Assembly: GCA_965222375.1 (NCBI GenBank)
Contig: CBDCTZ010000014.1
Coordinates: 384,001-448,000, forward strand
From: Polyangiaceae bacterium
GTDB taxonomy: Bacteria; Myxococcota_A; Polyangia; Polyangiales; Polyangiaceae
Reading direction: 5' to 3'
Length of the DNA stretch: 64,000 bases
Below, piece after piece: positions 9,674-19,954 of the stretch. A model generated the notes under the pieces. That model did no database searches and had not been told where the DNA came from. It worked only from the letters and a program-made list of their open reading frames with translations. The first letter of the stretch is position 1. The number at the start of each line of letters is the position of its first letter. The position numbers and the translations under genes were made by a program.

Positions 9674-10947
9674 GCGACGCGCTGGAGTTGGCCGTCGTGC
9701 GCTCCAACAATTCTCAGCTCGCCCACTACGCCGGCGCGCATGGCGCGGGTCACTCGGCGCAGGTCGTTGCCTGCAACCGTCGGTGGCTTGCGTGCCAGCC
9801 GCAGGTCGATGGCTGATGCTAGGGACCAGAGCGAGCCTTCCATCGTTGCATTGATTCGACGCACGAAGCCTACGCGGAGAGCAAAGCGTCGGGTACGGAT
9901 CCGGTACCCCAACTCCAACGCTGGGCGCGCCGCTGCTCGCAACTCGTGCCCGGGGCGCGCGAGTACAGAAGCGAGCTGACGCGCAATGGCGATCAACTGT
10001 GGGGCGCCGTCGGGTGCCAATATCTCCGCGGGTTCGCCGCCCCATGCGGACGAACGTGCCCGCGTACTGGGTAGGGGCCGCACACCGAGGTGGGTCAGTT
10101 GATTGCGAGGGATCCCGTCGATCAAGCCTTGGGCGATTCCCGGCGCTCCCCAGCTGCCGGCGTCGTCGCCGCTGAATAGAACAACCCAGCCAAAAACCCC
10201 TCCATCGAGCTTCTGAGCGCCAGAACGGGGCTTGTGTAGGTACTGCCCCAGCCAGGACAGGTCGGTCTCCCCAGCCTCGAAAGCTCGCAGAGATTCGCTC
10301 AGGTCGTTGGCGCTGCGCACCTCGATCCGATCGAGGTATGAAGCGCCTCGGGCCGCAGACAGGTTTCGACGGAAGGTCAGCACTCGGCGCCGAAGCTCGG
10401 CTCGGAACGCGCCTGTGCCATCCGGTGCCGTCGGTGAGAAGCCCCGAGGCACGATTGCGGTCACGTCCAGCGCTAGACGCGCGGCCGCGCGGGCTGGCGC
10501 CATTGCCCGCACACGAATGGCGCGGGGCTCGTCGGGGTCGCCTCGAAAGGGCATCAGCCCCGCAAGCGGCCCGGCAGCCCCACGTCCGGACGCACGCTTC
10601 AGGGAGAACAACACATCTCTGGCGTCGAGAGCGCGACCTCGCGCCGTCATCAAGTTAGGACGGAGCCGGATCCGCAGCTGACTGCCCACCCGTTCCGGCA
10701 TGCCATCTGCCAATGCAGGGTACACTCTGCCGGTTGAATCGAGGGCGTAGAGGCTATCCGCGCAGAGATTGCTGAAGAGTGCACTGGTCGCGTCGTCCAC
10801 AGCGTGGGGATCTAGGCTTCGAACTGGCCACGGCAACGAAATCCGAAGCTGTCCGCCGTAGGGGATTCGACCCAACGCGGCGGCGCCGGTGCTCGCCAAG
10901 GTACCGACCAGCAGTGCTCGTCGCGCGAGCGTCAGCGAAGGATCCAT
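9634..10947 (-). CDS. Family 5 solute-binding-protein-like protein (orphan)
   Basis: YGGQLRI...SLDP...DSLY..D..G...PALA...RLRPN...DGTGAF; RRALL twin-Arg-like signal; start reassigned to ATG 10947. Confidence 0.7.
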   Translation of the reverse strand: MDPSLTLARRALLVGTLASTGAAALGRIPYGGQLRISLPWPVRSLDPHAVDDATSALFSNLCADSLYALDSTGRVYPALADGMPERVGSQLRIRLRPNLMTARGRALDARDVLFSLKRASGRGAAGPLAGLMPFRGDPDEPRAIRVRAMAPARAAARLALDVTAIVPRGFSPTAPDGTGAFRAELRRRVLTFRRNLSAARGASYLDRIEVRSANDLSESLRAFEAGETDLSWLGQYLHKPRSGAQKLDGGVFGWVVLFSGDDAGSWGAPGIAQGLIDGIPRNQLTHLGVRPLPSTRARSSAWGGEPAEILAPDGAPQLIAIARQLASVLARPGHELRAAARPALELGYRIRTRRFALRVGFVRRINATMEGSLWSLASAIDLRLARKPPTVAGNDLRRVTRAMRAGVVGELRIVGAHDGQLQRVAQWDLGAVFRKRP

Positions 10948-12284
10948 GCTCCCCCGGTTGTTGCGACCACGATCGGGCGCATACTGGTGCTCGTTTCTGC
11001 ACCACACACGCCAATCGCGGACACGCCGCTGGGAATGCCAACTCGGAATCTCACTTTGAGTGTGCCGTCTCGTTGCCAAGTACGTACGACGAGCGCGTCC
11101 GCAGCGGGCGTCATGGTGTTGGCGCTGCCGAGCAACTCAGGCTGGCCGTCCCCGTCCAAGTCTGCAACGGCGAGTTGAGCGCCCACACCAGCGGCCTGGG
11201 CGCTGCGGGCCTGGCTGTCAAAGAGGTCCACGACGTCCTCGTTGGCGCGCCGGGCCGCGCGTACGACCCGAACCTCACCGTTTTTCGAGGCAATCAGTGC
11301 GCCCGCAACTGCGTCCGCAGGCCGTGGAGCCCGCGCAGCACCGGGTTCTCTGTCGGAGGCGTGACACTTCTTGATCTGGGGCCGCACGGAGATGCCGGTG
11401 ACATGTGCGCACCCGCCTCCGCCCCAGGGGATGTTTCGCCCGAGTCGCCGCACGATGCGGCCCGAGCCGTCGATACGCACGGCGTCCAGTCGATCGCTCA
11501 CGCCCACGTCGAAAAGGCCAGCGCTGCGGATCACGGCGCCGCCAATGGGCTGTCGCAACGGGCTTCGGGACAGCACGGAGAGCTTGGACCACTGCAAGGT
11601 GCGGTGTTGTGTGAGCTTGCCTGCTCGAATGCGTCCGATGCGAATACGGTGGCGGCCGACCAACACGATTTCCTGGTCGCCCCGCCCGTCAGCGTCGCCG
11701 CAGGCAACTGCGACTGGATTGGGTTCGCCAGTCTTGACTCGCTCGATGCGTTTGGCGACCAAAGGTACTGGCGGCATGAAAGAGCGAACCTCCGCGTCTG
11801 ACTCACGCTGAGCAAAAGCGTGACGGCTGGGGCCCGGGTTGCCTGCCCGGACTCGGTCCCAAAAGCTTCGTAGGACCGAATGCAGTTGCACTACCACGCT
11901 CAGTTTTCCTCGCTCGAGTTTCGGTTGGACGAACAGAAGCCAGCCCCGGTCGCTCGCCAAACCTCGGGCTTGGGGAAGACTCGCGAGCTGTTGACTGGCT
12001 TCCGCCTTTAGGCGACCAGCTAGGACTTGGGTCACTCGCTGAGAAAGTCCTGCCGAGTCCTTGGGTGTGGCATCTGTGAACAGCGGTGCTCCCACCACCA
12101 GGGTGCCCTTGGGTATGGCGCCCAGCTGCCTGTTCACCTCGCAGCCCAGCTCCGCGATGGCGCTGCCGGAGTTGACCGGGCATTGACCGGGGGCGGCGGT
12201 CGAGGGCGGTCCCTGGCCGCTAGAAATGGCAGCCCAGGTCAATCCTGCAGCTGCCCAGCCCGCCCGAAGGCTCCAATGACGCAT
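10932..12284 (-). CDS. Secreted protein with FG-GAP/VCBS-like repeats
   Basis: Signal peptide; VACGDADGRGDQEIVL and AVADLDGDGQPELL motifs. Confidence 0.65.
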   Translation of the reverse strand: MRHWSLRAGWAAAGLTWAAISSGQGPPSTAAPGQCPVNSGSAIAELGCEVNRQLGAIPKGTLVVGAPLFTDATPKDSAGLSQRVTQVLAGRLKAEASQQLASLPQARGLASDRGWLLFVQPKLERGKLSVVVQLHSVLRSFWDRVRAGNPGPSRHAFAQRESDAEVRSFMPPVPLVAKRIERVKTGEPNPVAVACGDADGRGDQEIVLVGRHRIRIGRIRAGKLTQHRTLQWSKLSVLSRSPLRQPIGGAVIRSAGLFDVGVSDRLDAVRIDGSGRIVRRLGRNIPWGGGGCAHVTGISVRPQIKKCHASDREPGAARAPRPADAVAGALIASKNGEVRVVRAARRANEDVVDLFDSQARSAQAAGVGAQLAVADLDGDGQPELLGSANTMTPAADALVVRTWQRDGTLKVRFRVGIPSGVSAIGVCGAETSTSMRPIVVATTGGAWILR

Positions 12285-12363
12285 GGGAATTTCTCGCCTC
12301 CTTGCGATCCGGGAGGATAAACCGAACCGCTTTGCTCCATCCTGTGATATCCGACGGGGCGGT

Positions 12364-13056
12364 TTGCTTTTCCGAACCTACGCCCTTTTTTCGGCGCTGG
12401 GCATTGCCCTGATGCTGATGCTCTGGCCGGCCCTCGCACAAGCCCAGTGTGTGGATGAGGCGCTCAAGGAGCAACTTGTCGGTCGCCGCGCGTATCGTGG
12501 GGTTACACCGCGTTTGTTCAAAAAGGCGCTGCGTCACGAAGTATCCGCCATGGGTGGGTGGTACGCCGGCGATATTTCCGATGGCGCACCGGTCTATGGC
12601 GGCGCCTATACCTTCCATTTCAGCGAGTACCTGGGACTCGAGGCCTCCTATTTCCGCACACGGCAGAAGTACGGTTTGTTGCAGGCGATCATCGATCGGC
12701 AGCAGGGCCTGGTCGCGTTCGTCGAGTCTCCTGAGGAGGACGTGCAGCTCTTCCTTGGTCACCTGGTTTGGTCCTTGGCCTACGGCAAAGTGCGGTGGCT
12801 CGGCGGTGGGATCAGTCGCTTCGATTTCTATCTTTCACTTGGAGCAGGCGCGACGGATACCGCCGCCACGGGCGGGCTTGGGATCACGGGTTCAGGTGGG
12901 TTTGGCCTGAAGTTCTATCTGCTGGATTGGCTCGCACTGCGCCTGGATGCTCGCGATCACGTTCGAAACCATCGCGCACCCTTGGGCGTCGACAAGGTGG
13001 TGAACGACATCTCGCTGATGGGCGGGCTTAGTTTCTTCATTCCGTTCAAGAGCTGA
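12364..13056 (+). CDS. Outer-membrane beta-barrel protein (myxobacterial GltA/GltB/NfsA-type OMP)
   Basis: Signal peptide ending AQA; YTFHFSEYLGLE, AYGKV, FDFYLSLGAG, GLKFYL..WLALRLD, C-terminal GLSFFIP; start reassigned to TTG 12364 because the ORF from 12283 overlaps the divergent gene. Confidence 0.75.
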   Translation: MLFRTYALFSALGIALMLMLWPALAQAQCVDEALKEQLVGRRAYRGVTPRLFKKALRHEVSAMGGWYAGDISDGAPVYGGAYTFHFSEYLGLEASYFRTRQKYGLLQAIIDRQQGLVAFVESPEEDVQLFLGHLVWSLAYGKVRWLGGGISRFDFYLSLGAGATDTAATGGLGITGSGGFGLKFYLLDWLALRLDARDHVRNHRAPLGVDKVVNDISLMGGLSFFIPFKS

Positions 13057-13063
13057 CTCGCTC

Positions 13064-13570
13064 ATGCCGCTCGCGGTTGACGCCAACGACAATTCGCGGC
13101 GACTCTGCTACCAAGACGTCGAGGCGCGCATCGAATCGCTCCTCAAGGGCGAGCAAGACTGGATTGCCGCGCTCGCCACGGTGGCGGCGGAACTGCATGG
13201 CTCCTTCGCTTACTTCAATTGGACCGGCTTCTACCGCCTGACCACGCCCGCTGAGCTCGTGATCGGGCCGTACCAGGGTGGACACGGCTGCATCCGCATA
13301 CCGCTGGCGCGGGGCGTGTGTGGCACGGCAGCTGCAACTCGGGAGATCCAACGAGTCGACGATGTCTCCACGTTTCCGGACCACATTGCCTGCGCTGCGA
13401 GCACGCAGTCGGAGATTGTCGTTCCGATCGTCACCCCAGAGGGAAGAGTTCTCGGGGTTTTGGACGTGGATTCAGACTCCCCAGGTGCGTTCTCGTCGGT
13501 GGACGAGGAGTGCTTGGCGCGAATCGTTGTGGATCTTGGTTGCCGCTTTCAGCATGTGCAGATCCCGTGA
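13064..13570 (+). CDS. msrC: GAF-domain free methionine-(R)-sulfoxide reductase (fRMsr)
   Basis: NWTGFY...GPYQG..GCIRI...RGVCGTAA...VDDV..FPDHIAC...QSEIVVP...GVLDVDS. Confidence 0.85.
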   Translation: MPLAVDANDNSRRLCYQDVEARIESLLKGEQDWIAALATVAAELHGSFAYFNWTGFYRLTTPAELVIGPYQGGHGCIRIPLARGVCGTAAATREIQRVDDVSTFPDHIACAASTQSEIVVPIVTPEGRVLGVLDVDSDSPGAFSSVDEECLARIVVDLGCRFQHVQIP

Positions 13571-13689
13571 CGCACGTAGCGGGGCTGAGGTGATTTCGGT
13601 TGGTACCTGCCGCCACGCGACCAAGCAGCTGGAATCGTTGGTCTTTTCGCGTCCCGAGCGTTGCCCCGAGCGTGCTAACGTATGCAACC

Positions 13690-14427
13690 GTGAGTGCACA
13701 AACGAAGCCCCTGGCCCGGGTCCTGGGCGCCCTGGCGATCGTACTGCTTGCGGTGGTCGCCGTCGGGCAGCCGAAGAAGGACAAGGCCGGCAAAAAGGAC
13801 GACGAGGAGCCCGTCGCGACTGAAGACGCTGGCGCCGCGGCGCCCACGACCGACCCCGGGGATGATCTCGGGCCTCCTCCGCCGAAGCGGAAAAACAAGG
13901 ACGACGCGGTTCGCAAGTCACCCCTGAACCCGGAGGCGAACGAGTTCTCCGACGGAGGTGCTCGACCACCTCCGCCCGAATACGACAAACTGCTCGGTGA
14001 GATCGCCGCGCTGCGTGGGCGTGTCGCGTCCCTGACCACTACCCTGTTCGCGAGCAAACTCCGTGTGGTTGTCGAGACCGACGATCACGACGATGCACGC
14101 ATCACGAAGCTCGTCGTGACTCTCGATGACGGAGTGGTTTACTCAGCTCCGCCCCGCTTCAGTGCTGAGGATGGCAAGGTCGTGTACGAGCACGCCGTAG
14201 CGCCGGGTCACCATGTGCTGGGGATCGAAGTCGAGCGCAGCGATTCGCGCGGCAAAGAGTTCCAAACCTGGCAGGCGACGAAGACGAGCATCATCGTGCC
14301 CGAGAGCAAGTTGCTACTCGCCGAAATTCTGCTCGAAGATGACTCGGACATGGCGGAGGACTTCCCGGACGACCAGGACGGAGAGTACGAACTCAACGTC
14401 AGCGTTCGGGCTCAGGTCGACGAATGA
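13690..14427 (+). CDS. Hypothetical exported protein (coiled coil plus beta-sandwich)
   Basis: GTG start, signal/TM segment, low-complexity linker, coiled coil (IAALRGRVASL) then a beta-rich domain; ATGA overlap with the next gene. Confidence 0.7.
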   Translation: MSAQTKPLARVLGALAIVLLAVVAVGQPKKDKAGKKDDEEPVATEDAGAAAPTTDPGDDLGPPPPKRKNKDDAVRKSPLNPEANEFSDGGARPPPPEYDKLLGEIAALRGRVASLTTTLFASKLRVVVETDDHDDARITKLVVTLDDGVVYSAPPRFSAEDGKVVYEHAVAPGHHVLGIEVERSDSRGKEFQTWQATKTSIIVPESKLLLAEILLEDDSDMAEDFPDDQDGEYELNVSVRAQVDE

Positions 14428-16571
14428 CGAACGCCGCGAAGATCTTATCGAGCACGTTCGCTAGCCTGATCGTTCTAGGCCTTGCCGGCAGTGCACTGGC
14501 TCAGCAGTCCGGGAAAAAGGGCGAAAAGTCCGCCAGTGGCCAGTCTGACAGCCCCTACGGGGACGCCGACGAAAAGGGCGGAGCAAAGCCGCCGCCCGAG
14601 GAAGCGACTCCGACTGGAAAGGCTTCGGAAACGCCGAAGCCCGGGCCGGAAGAAAAGCCAGAGAAAGAGAAGAACAGTCCCGGTGACGTGAACGACCCCG
14701 GGGCTCCGGACACCATGAGCGCTGGTGCCCAGGCCTACCAGAAGGCCCTCAAACGTCGGCGGATGGCTGCCACGACACCGCTCAGCAGACAGCGCCTGCG
14801 CGACGAGCTTTCCAAGGTTGAAGCGAAACTCGCCGATGGTCGTCGCGACGAAGCCATTGGAGACCTAGTCTACTTGGTCGAGTCACCTCGGTTTACACCT
14901 TTCGCGGCGAGTGAAGAAGGGCGCAACGCTCAGTTCTTGCTCGGGGACTCGCTGGGACGGGGAGGTGCGGTCAAGCCTGCTCGCGGCTACTTGGTAAAGC
15001 TGCTGACGGGAAGCCAATCCGATATTTGGTACAGGCGCGCTGTCCGCAGTCTGGTCGATTTCGGCCTCGAGAGTGAGCAACCGGAAGCTATCTTGGGTGA
15101 CCTGGCAAAGGTCTCCAAGGGCGCGCCCGAGGAAATGCGCGCAGACATTGCCTACCTGACGGGGCGAACTCACGAGAAGCGCGGTAGGCGCGCCCAAGCG
15201 TTGGCGGAGCTCGCCAAGGTATCGCCCCGCTCGCGTTTCTGGGCACAAGCAACCTACCTCTCAGGCATGCTGGAGGTGGAGCGAGGCGCCTACAAGAAGG
15301 GCGAGAATCTCTTCTGCAAGGTTGCGGACCCAAAGCTGACTCCCAAGAAGGCACCGCTTTTCGGTGGCACGGATTTCTTTCGGGTCCGAGATTTGGCTCG
15401 CCTCGCCTTGGGGCGAGTGGCCCACGAACGGTATCGATTCGACGATGCCCGCTACTACTACTACTTGGTGCCCCGGGACTCGGATCATCTGCCCGAGGCC
15501 CTCTACGAGGCCGCTACAACTCGCTACGAAGCGAAAGACTACGACGGCGCTCGGGAACTGATGAACGAGCTGACCGCCCTTGACGTCCATCACCCCTACG
15601 AAGACGAAGCTTGGGTCTTCGACGCCTATCTGGACCTCGCCATGTGTCGCTTCCTCAAGGCTGACGCAAAGCTAGGCGAATTCCTCAAGCGCTATGAACC
15701 CGTACGCAACACGGCGCGTCGCATCGCCAAGGACGACAAGGCCGTTCAGCGGCTCGTGGAGGCCGTCCGCACCGGGGCCGACCCTGCTGCCAGTGGCGTC
15801 GCTGGAAACGCCAAGGTCGTCCGCACCCTGGGCGCGCTGCTCCGCTTGGACGCCGGCTACGGACGTGCTTCGCGGCGCTTGGCGCAGCTAGACCACCAGC
15901 TCTCGGGTCTGCGCGGAGCCCTCGGCGAGTTGGACGAAGCGAGCCGGCGCCTGGCAACGCCGAAATCCGTGCGCCCTCAAGCCAAGGGCTCCCTCGCGGA
16001 GTCGCCGGTCGACAAGGTCGCGCGAATCGAGTCGCAGCTTGCCGAGGTCAAGCGACTGCTGCGGGAGGCAGAGCGTAGCAGCAAGGCCAAAAAATCCGAA
16101 CTCAAGTCTCTCGCGAAACAGGTCGAAGCCCTCCAGATCAAGGCAAGGGCAGCACGTGTTGCTACGACGCCGGAAGCTGCCAAAGCCGCGAAGAAAGGCA
16201 CGACGGATTCGGATCTCGCGGAAGTGATTCGCAAGGACCGCGCCCGCGCCGTCAGGCTTTATGCCGACGCCGAGAAGCTACGCACCTTGGTCGAAGGACA
16301 GCAGCTGGCTCTGGCGAAAGATGCTTTGGTCCGCCTGGACAGACGTCTATCCAGGTTGCTGCGCCGTGCCCGCCTGGGCAAAGTGGAAACCGTGTTGGGG
16401 CAGAAGCGGGCCCTGGAGCTCGAGGTGGAAGCTCTGTCTCAGGGGCTCCTGCCCCAGACCATCGTCGACTCACTGGATGCACAGCGTTACCTCCAGGACG
16501 ACGAGGAGTACTGGCCCTTCGACGGAGAGGACTGGGAGGACGAGTACGTTGGCGGTGAGGGGCTGCGATGA
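14424..16571 (+). CDS. Exported TPR protein, GltC/NfsC-like
   Basis: Signal peptide, TPR helices, coiled coil, C-terminal EEYWPFDGEDWEDE resembling the GltC WPF.GE.W.DE motif. Confidence 0.7.
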   Translation: MTNAAKILSSTFASLIVLGLAGSALAQQSGKKGEKSASGQSDSPYGDADEKGGAKPPPEEATPTGKASETPKPGPEEKPEKEKNSPGDVNDPGAPDTMSAGAQAYQKALKRRRMAATTPLSRQRLRDELSKVEAKLADGRRDEAIGDLVYLVESPRFTPFAASEEGRNAQFLLGDSLGRGGAVKPARGYLVKLLTGSQSDIWYRRAVRSLVDFGLESEQPEAILGDLAKVSKGAPEEMRADIAYLTGRTHEKRGRRAQALAELAKVSPRSRFWAQATYLSGMLEVERGAYKKGENLFCKVADPKLTPKKAPLFGGTDFFRVRDLARLALGRVAHERYRFDDARYYYYLVPRDSDHLPEALYEAATTRYEAKDYDGARELMNELTALDVHHPYEDEAWVFDAYLDLAMCRFLKADAKLGEFLKRYEPVRNTARRIAKDDKAVQRLVEAVRTGADPAASGVAGNAKVVRTLGALLRLDAGYGRASRRLAQLDHQLSGLRGALGELDEASRRLATPKSVRPQAKGSLAESPVDKVARIESQLAEVKRLLREAERSSKAKKSELKSLAKQVEALQIKARAARVATTPEAAKAAKKGTTDSDLAEVIRKDRARAVRLYADAEKLRTLVEGQQLALAKDALVRLDRRLSRLLRRARLGKVETVLGQKRALELEVEALSQGLLPQTIVDSLDAQRYLQDDEEYWPFDGEDWEDEYVGGEGLR

Positions 16572-19500
16572 GACAGGCGGTTGCTCTTGGGCTTGCGCTG
16601 TTTCTGTGTGTCGGCCAGGTCTTTGCGCAGGCGGATACAGCCGCCCCCTCAATGAAGGGGGAGAAGAGCAGCATCAAGCCCGTCGGAGAGCGCAAGCTCG
16701 GCAAGCGAGAACGACCCACCCACAAGAAGAGAGCGGCGAAGAAGAAGCGAGACGCCCGGGCAACCCGGGTGTCCCTGCAGATCCCCAAACGTCTTCGGGC
16801 ATCCCTGGACCGAAAGATCGACGCAAGGATCGCCTGGAACGTGGGCCAACAGAAGCGGCTGCGGAAGCAAGCGTTGAAGCTGCTCGAGAAGTTCGTCAAC
16901 GAGTCCCCGAAGACAGCGCGGGAGCTTCCGGAAGCTCTGCTACGCCTCGGCGAGCTGGAGTGGGAACAGGCGCGGGACGACTTCCTCGTCGAGTTCAACC
17001 GCTGGGAGAAGAAGCCAGCTGACCAGCGCGGAGAGCCGCCGGCCCCTAACTACAAGAAAGCACGCTCTCGGTTCCTACGTGTGCTCAAGAACCACAAAAC
17101 GTTTCGACAGTACGACCTAGCGCTCTACGTCGACGGCTTCTTGGCCAATGAAGAGGGCAAGTTCGAGGAGTCTCTCGGGCGGTTCAATAAGATCCTCGCC
17201 TGGTTTCCCAAGAGCCGGTTCGTGCCTGATGCGCATATGATTCGTGCCGAGTACGAGTTTACCAAAGACTTCCCGAATTACGAGACCGCGTATAACGAAT
17301 ACGAGCTGGTCCTGCGCCACAAGGACAGCCAGCTGTACGATATCGCTCTGTTCAAGAGCGCGTGGTGCCTGTGGCGTCTAGGCAAGACGGCGGAAGCCGC
17401 GCGGCGCTTTCTGGCCGTGTTCAAGGAAACCGCGGACGCCGCCAGCAAGCGAGGTAAGTCCAAAGACGAAATCGACGAGCTTCAACGGGAAGCACTCAAG
17501 AACCTCGTGGCCGTCTTCGTCGAAGACGAAAAGAACCGCGCCGAAGACATGCACAAATTCCTGGTGCAGGCAGGGGGCGACAAGTTTGCGGGTCGAATTG
17601 TCCGGGCTTTGGCGGATGCCCTCTACGAGCAGGCCCACTATGAGCGAGGAATCGAGGCGTACCGCCTGCTTCTGAAGCTCGAACCGATGCACCCGGGGGC
17701 CTACAAGAATGCGCTTGCCATCGCCCAGGGGCACTCCACCATGGAGTCTTGGAAGAAGCTCCAAGGTGACTACCAGTGGATCATCAAGGAGTACGTCCCC
17801 CCCGCGCGAAAGAAGGGCAAGAAGCGCAAGAAGGCAGGTGCCTGGACGCGGGTGCAGAAGCCGAGGGTGCTGGCGGCAGCTGAGCGAGCTGTCGAGAAGC
17901 AACTGCGCGAAGACGCAATGGGGCTGCACGCCAAGGCTCAGGCGGACAAGTCGAGTCGTGCGGAATTTGCCGGCGCGGCCGGCCTCTACGAAGTATACGT
18001 TTCGCGCTTCGGCAAGCGCAAAGAGGCCTACGACGTCCACTACAACTTGGCGGAAATCTACTTCTATCATCTCGAGCAGGAGTCCAAGGCGGCAGATTCC
18101 TACCTCGCAGCCGTACGCTTGCGTCCCAAAGGCAAGCTGAATCGAGATGCTCTCTACAACGCACTGTCCGCGTTGGAGCGCGCGCGGGTCAGAGAGTTCG
18201 AGGCAGCCAAGGCCGCGGGCAAGAAGCAGAAGGAGTCTCCCCTCGACAAGAAACTTACGGAAGCAATGGAGCTCTATGTCTCCACCTATCCGAACGATCC
18301 GGATGTTCCCGAGCTCTTGTTCCGCCAGGGCAAGCTCTACTACGACTACGAGGTTTACGATCCCGCCGTGCGCCAATGGGGACTTCTTCTGGAGAAGTAC
18401 CCGCGCAGTCCGTACGCGGTCGGTGCCGGCGAGCTGATCCTCGATTCCTTCAACAAGAGCAAGGACTACGAAAACATCGAAACTTGGGCGCGGCGGCTCA
18501 AGAAGACACCGGCGTTTCTGAAGCCCGAACACCAGGCCCGGTTGAATACGCTGATCATTCAAGCCGTGTTCAAGCAGGGCGAGCAGCACGCCGAAGGCGG
18601 GAGGCATGACAAGGCTGCGGCGGCATACCTTCGCGCCGCCAAGGAGTTCCCCAAGGAGCCCCGCGCTGCGCAAGCTGCGGTGAACGCGGAAGTTAGCGCT
18701 CGTCGCGCTGCAGATCTCACGACGATGAAGGCTGCAGCCGCGCTGTTGATCAGCGACCACAAGTCACGCCCGGAGGCGGCTCAGGGCCTCTGGATAGCCG
18801 CGACGACCCACCAAGAGATTGGCTTGTTCAGCGACGCAGCGGACTATCACGAAGTCATCGTAGATAACTTCCCCAAGTTCGAGCACCACAAGGACGCGGC
18901 CTTCAATGCCGTGCTGCTGCGCACCACGGTGGGCGAGCATGCAAAGGCGATCCAGAGCGGAAACAAGTTCAAGCGTTTGTACTCTCGGGACGAGGCGGCC
19001 GACGAGGTTACTTTCTTGATGGGCAAGGCCCACGAGAAGGCCGAGAAATGGAAGGACGCTTCCAAGCTGTACGCCCGGTACGCGAGGTCTGCCCGGAGCC
19101 CGTCGAGCCAGGTCGAGGCATACGCGCGGTTGGCAACGGTTCGGGTGAAGCTCAAGGATGAGCGCGGCGCAGGCAATGCCCTGAGGAACGCGCTGCGCGT
19201 CTACAAGCAGCGCAAAGGCGCAATGGACGACAGCGGCAAGTATTTCGCCGCCAAAGCGCGCTACCTGCAGGGCGAACGGATCTTAGCGGAGTACGAAGCT
19301 GTCAAGATCGAAGGGGACGTCAAGCAGTTGAAGAAGCGCTTGAAGCGAAAGAGCGCGCTGCTCAAGAAGGCGGCGGATACGTTCCTTAGCACCGCGGAGA
19401 TTGGCGTAGCGGAGTGGACGACCGCAGCGCTGTACCAGATCGGATTCACCTATGAATCCTTCTCGAAGGCGTTGCTCAATTCACCGCCGCCTGACGCCCT

Positions 19501-19954
19501 GAGCAAGGGCGACAAGGAAGTTTACAAGCAGCAGATCGAAGAGTTCGTCATCCCAATCGAGGAGCGGGCAATTGAAGCCTATGAAAGCGGGTGGCTCAAA
19601 GCCCGTGAACTCGGCATCTACAACTCTTGGACTGCGAAGATGCGTGCCGCCCTCGGACGGCTCAACTCCGAGCTCTTCCCGCCCCTGCGTGAGATTGGTT
19701 TTGAGCTGCGCTCCAAGGGCCCCTCCCAGTTCCCGGAGCTCATCGATGGGACGCGGCGGACGAAGTCACGGCGAAGCGAGGCCTATTTGATCCCCCTCGA
19801 GCCCGTCGAGGACAAGCTGAAGCTCGAAAAGGACGAGGACGACAAGGGCAAGGAGGACAAGGACAAAGACGACGAGGATGACAAGGACAAAGGCAACAAG
19901 GACGACAAGGACAAGGACGACAAGAAGGACGCCAAGAAAGGAGCCAAGAAGTGA
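16568..19954 (+). CDS. Large exported TPR protein, GltD (AgmU)/NfsD-like
   Basis: 1128 aa, signal peptide, many TPRs (FPKSRFVPDA, ALFKSAWC), C-terminal AIEAYE...AREL.IYN.W...L....FP; charged D/K tail. Confidence 0.75.
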   Translation: MRQAVALGLALFLCVGQVFAQADTAAPSMKGEKSSIKPVGERKLGKRERPTHKKRAAKKKRDARATRVSLQIPKRLRASLDRKIDARIAWNVGQQKRLRKQALKLLEKFVNESPKTARELPEALLRLGELEWEQARDDFLVEFNRWEKKPADQRGEPPAPNYKKARSRFLRVLKNHKTFRQYDLALYVDGFLANEEGKFEESLGRFNKILAWFPKSRFVPDAHMIRAEYEFTKDFPNYETAYNEYELVLRHKDSQLYDIALFKSAWCLWRLGKTAEAARRFLAVFKETADAASKRGKSKDEIDELQREALKNLVAVFVEDEKNRAEDMHKFLVQAGGDKFAGRIVRALADALYEQAHYERGIEAYRLLLKLEPMHPGAYKNALAIAQGHSTMESWKKLQGDYQWIIKEYVPPARKKGKKRKKAGAWTRVQKPRVLAAAERAVEKQLREDAMGLHAKAQADKSSRAEFAGAAGLYEVYVSRFGKRKEAYDVHYNLAEIYFYHLEQESKAADSYLAAVRLRPKGKLNRDALYNALSALERARVREFEAAKAAGKKQKESPLDKKLTEAMELYVSTYPNDPDVPELLFRQGKLYYDYEVYDPAVRQWGLLLEKYPRSPYAVGAGELILDSFNKSKDYENIETWARRLKKTPAFLKPEHQARLNTLIIQAVFKQGEQHAEGGRHDKAAAAYLRAAKEFPKEPRAAQAAVNAEVSARRAADLTTMKAAAALLISDHKSRPEAAQGLWIAATTHQEIGLFSDAADYHEVIVDNFPKFEHHKDAAFNAVLLRTTVGEHAKAIQSGNKFKRLYSRDEAADEVTFLMGKAHEKAEKWKDASKLYARYARSARSPSSQVEAYARLATVRVKLKDERGAGNALRNALRVYKQRKGAMDDSGKYFAAKARYLQGERILAEYEAVKIEGDVKQLKKRLKRKSALLKKAADTFLSTAEIGVAEWTTAALYQIGFTYESFSKALLNSPPPDALSKGDKEVYKQQIEEFVIPIEERAIEAYESGWLKARELGIYNSWTAKMRAALGRLNSELFPPLREIGFELRSKGPSQFPELIDGTRRTKSRRSEAYLIPLEPVEDKLKLEKDEDDKGKEDKDKDDEDDKDKGNKDDKDKDDKKDAKKGAKK
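19825..19950 (+). repeat. Low-complexity GACAAG-rich tract encoding a D/K/E tail
   Basis: EKDEDDKGKEDKDKDDEDDKDKGNKDDKDKDDKKDAKKGAKK. Confidence 0.8.

Noticed and set aside
17378..18760. Long antisense ORFs (also 37851-39110, 49431-50489, 61123-62241 and others)
   Set aside because: Shadow frames of well-supported genes, expected from high-GC codon bias
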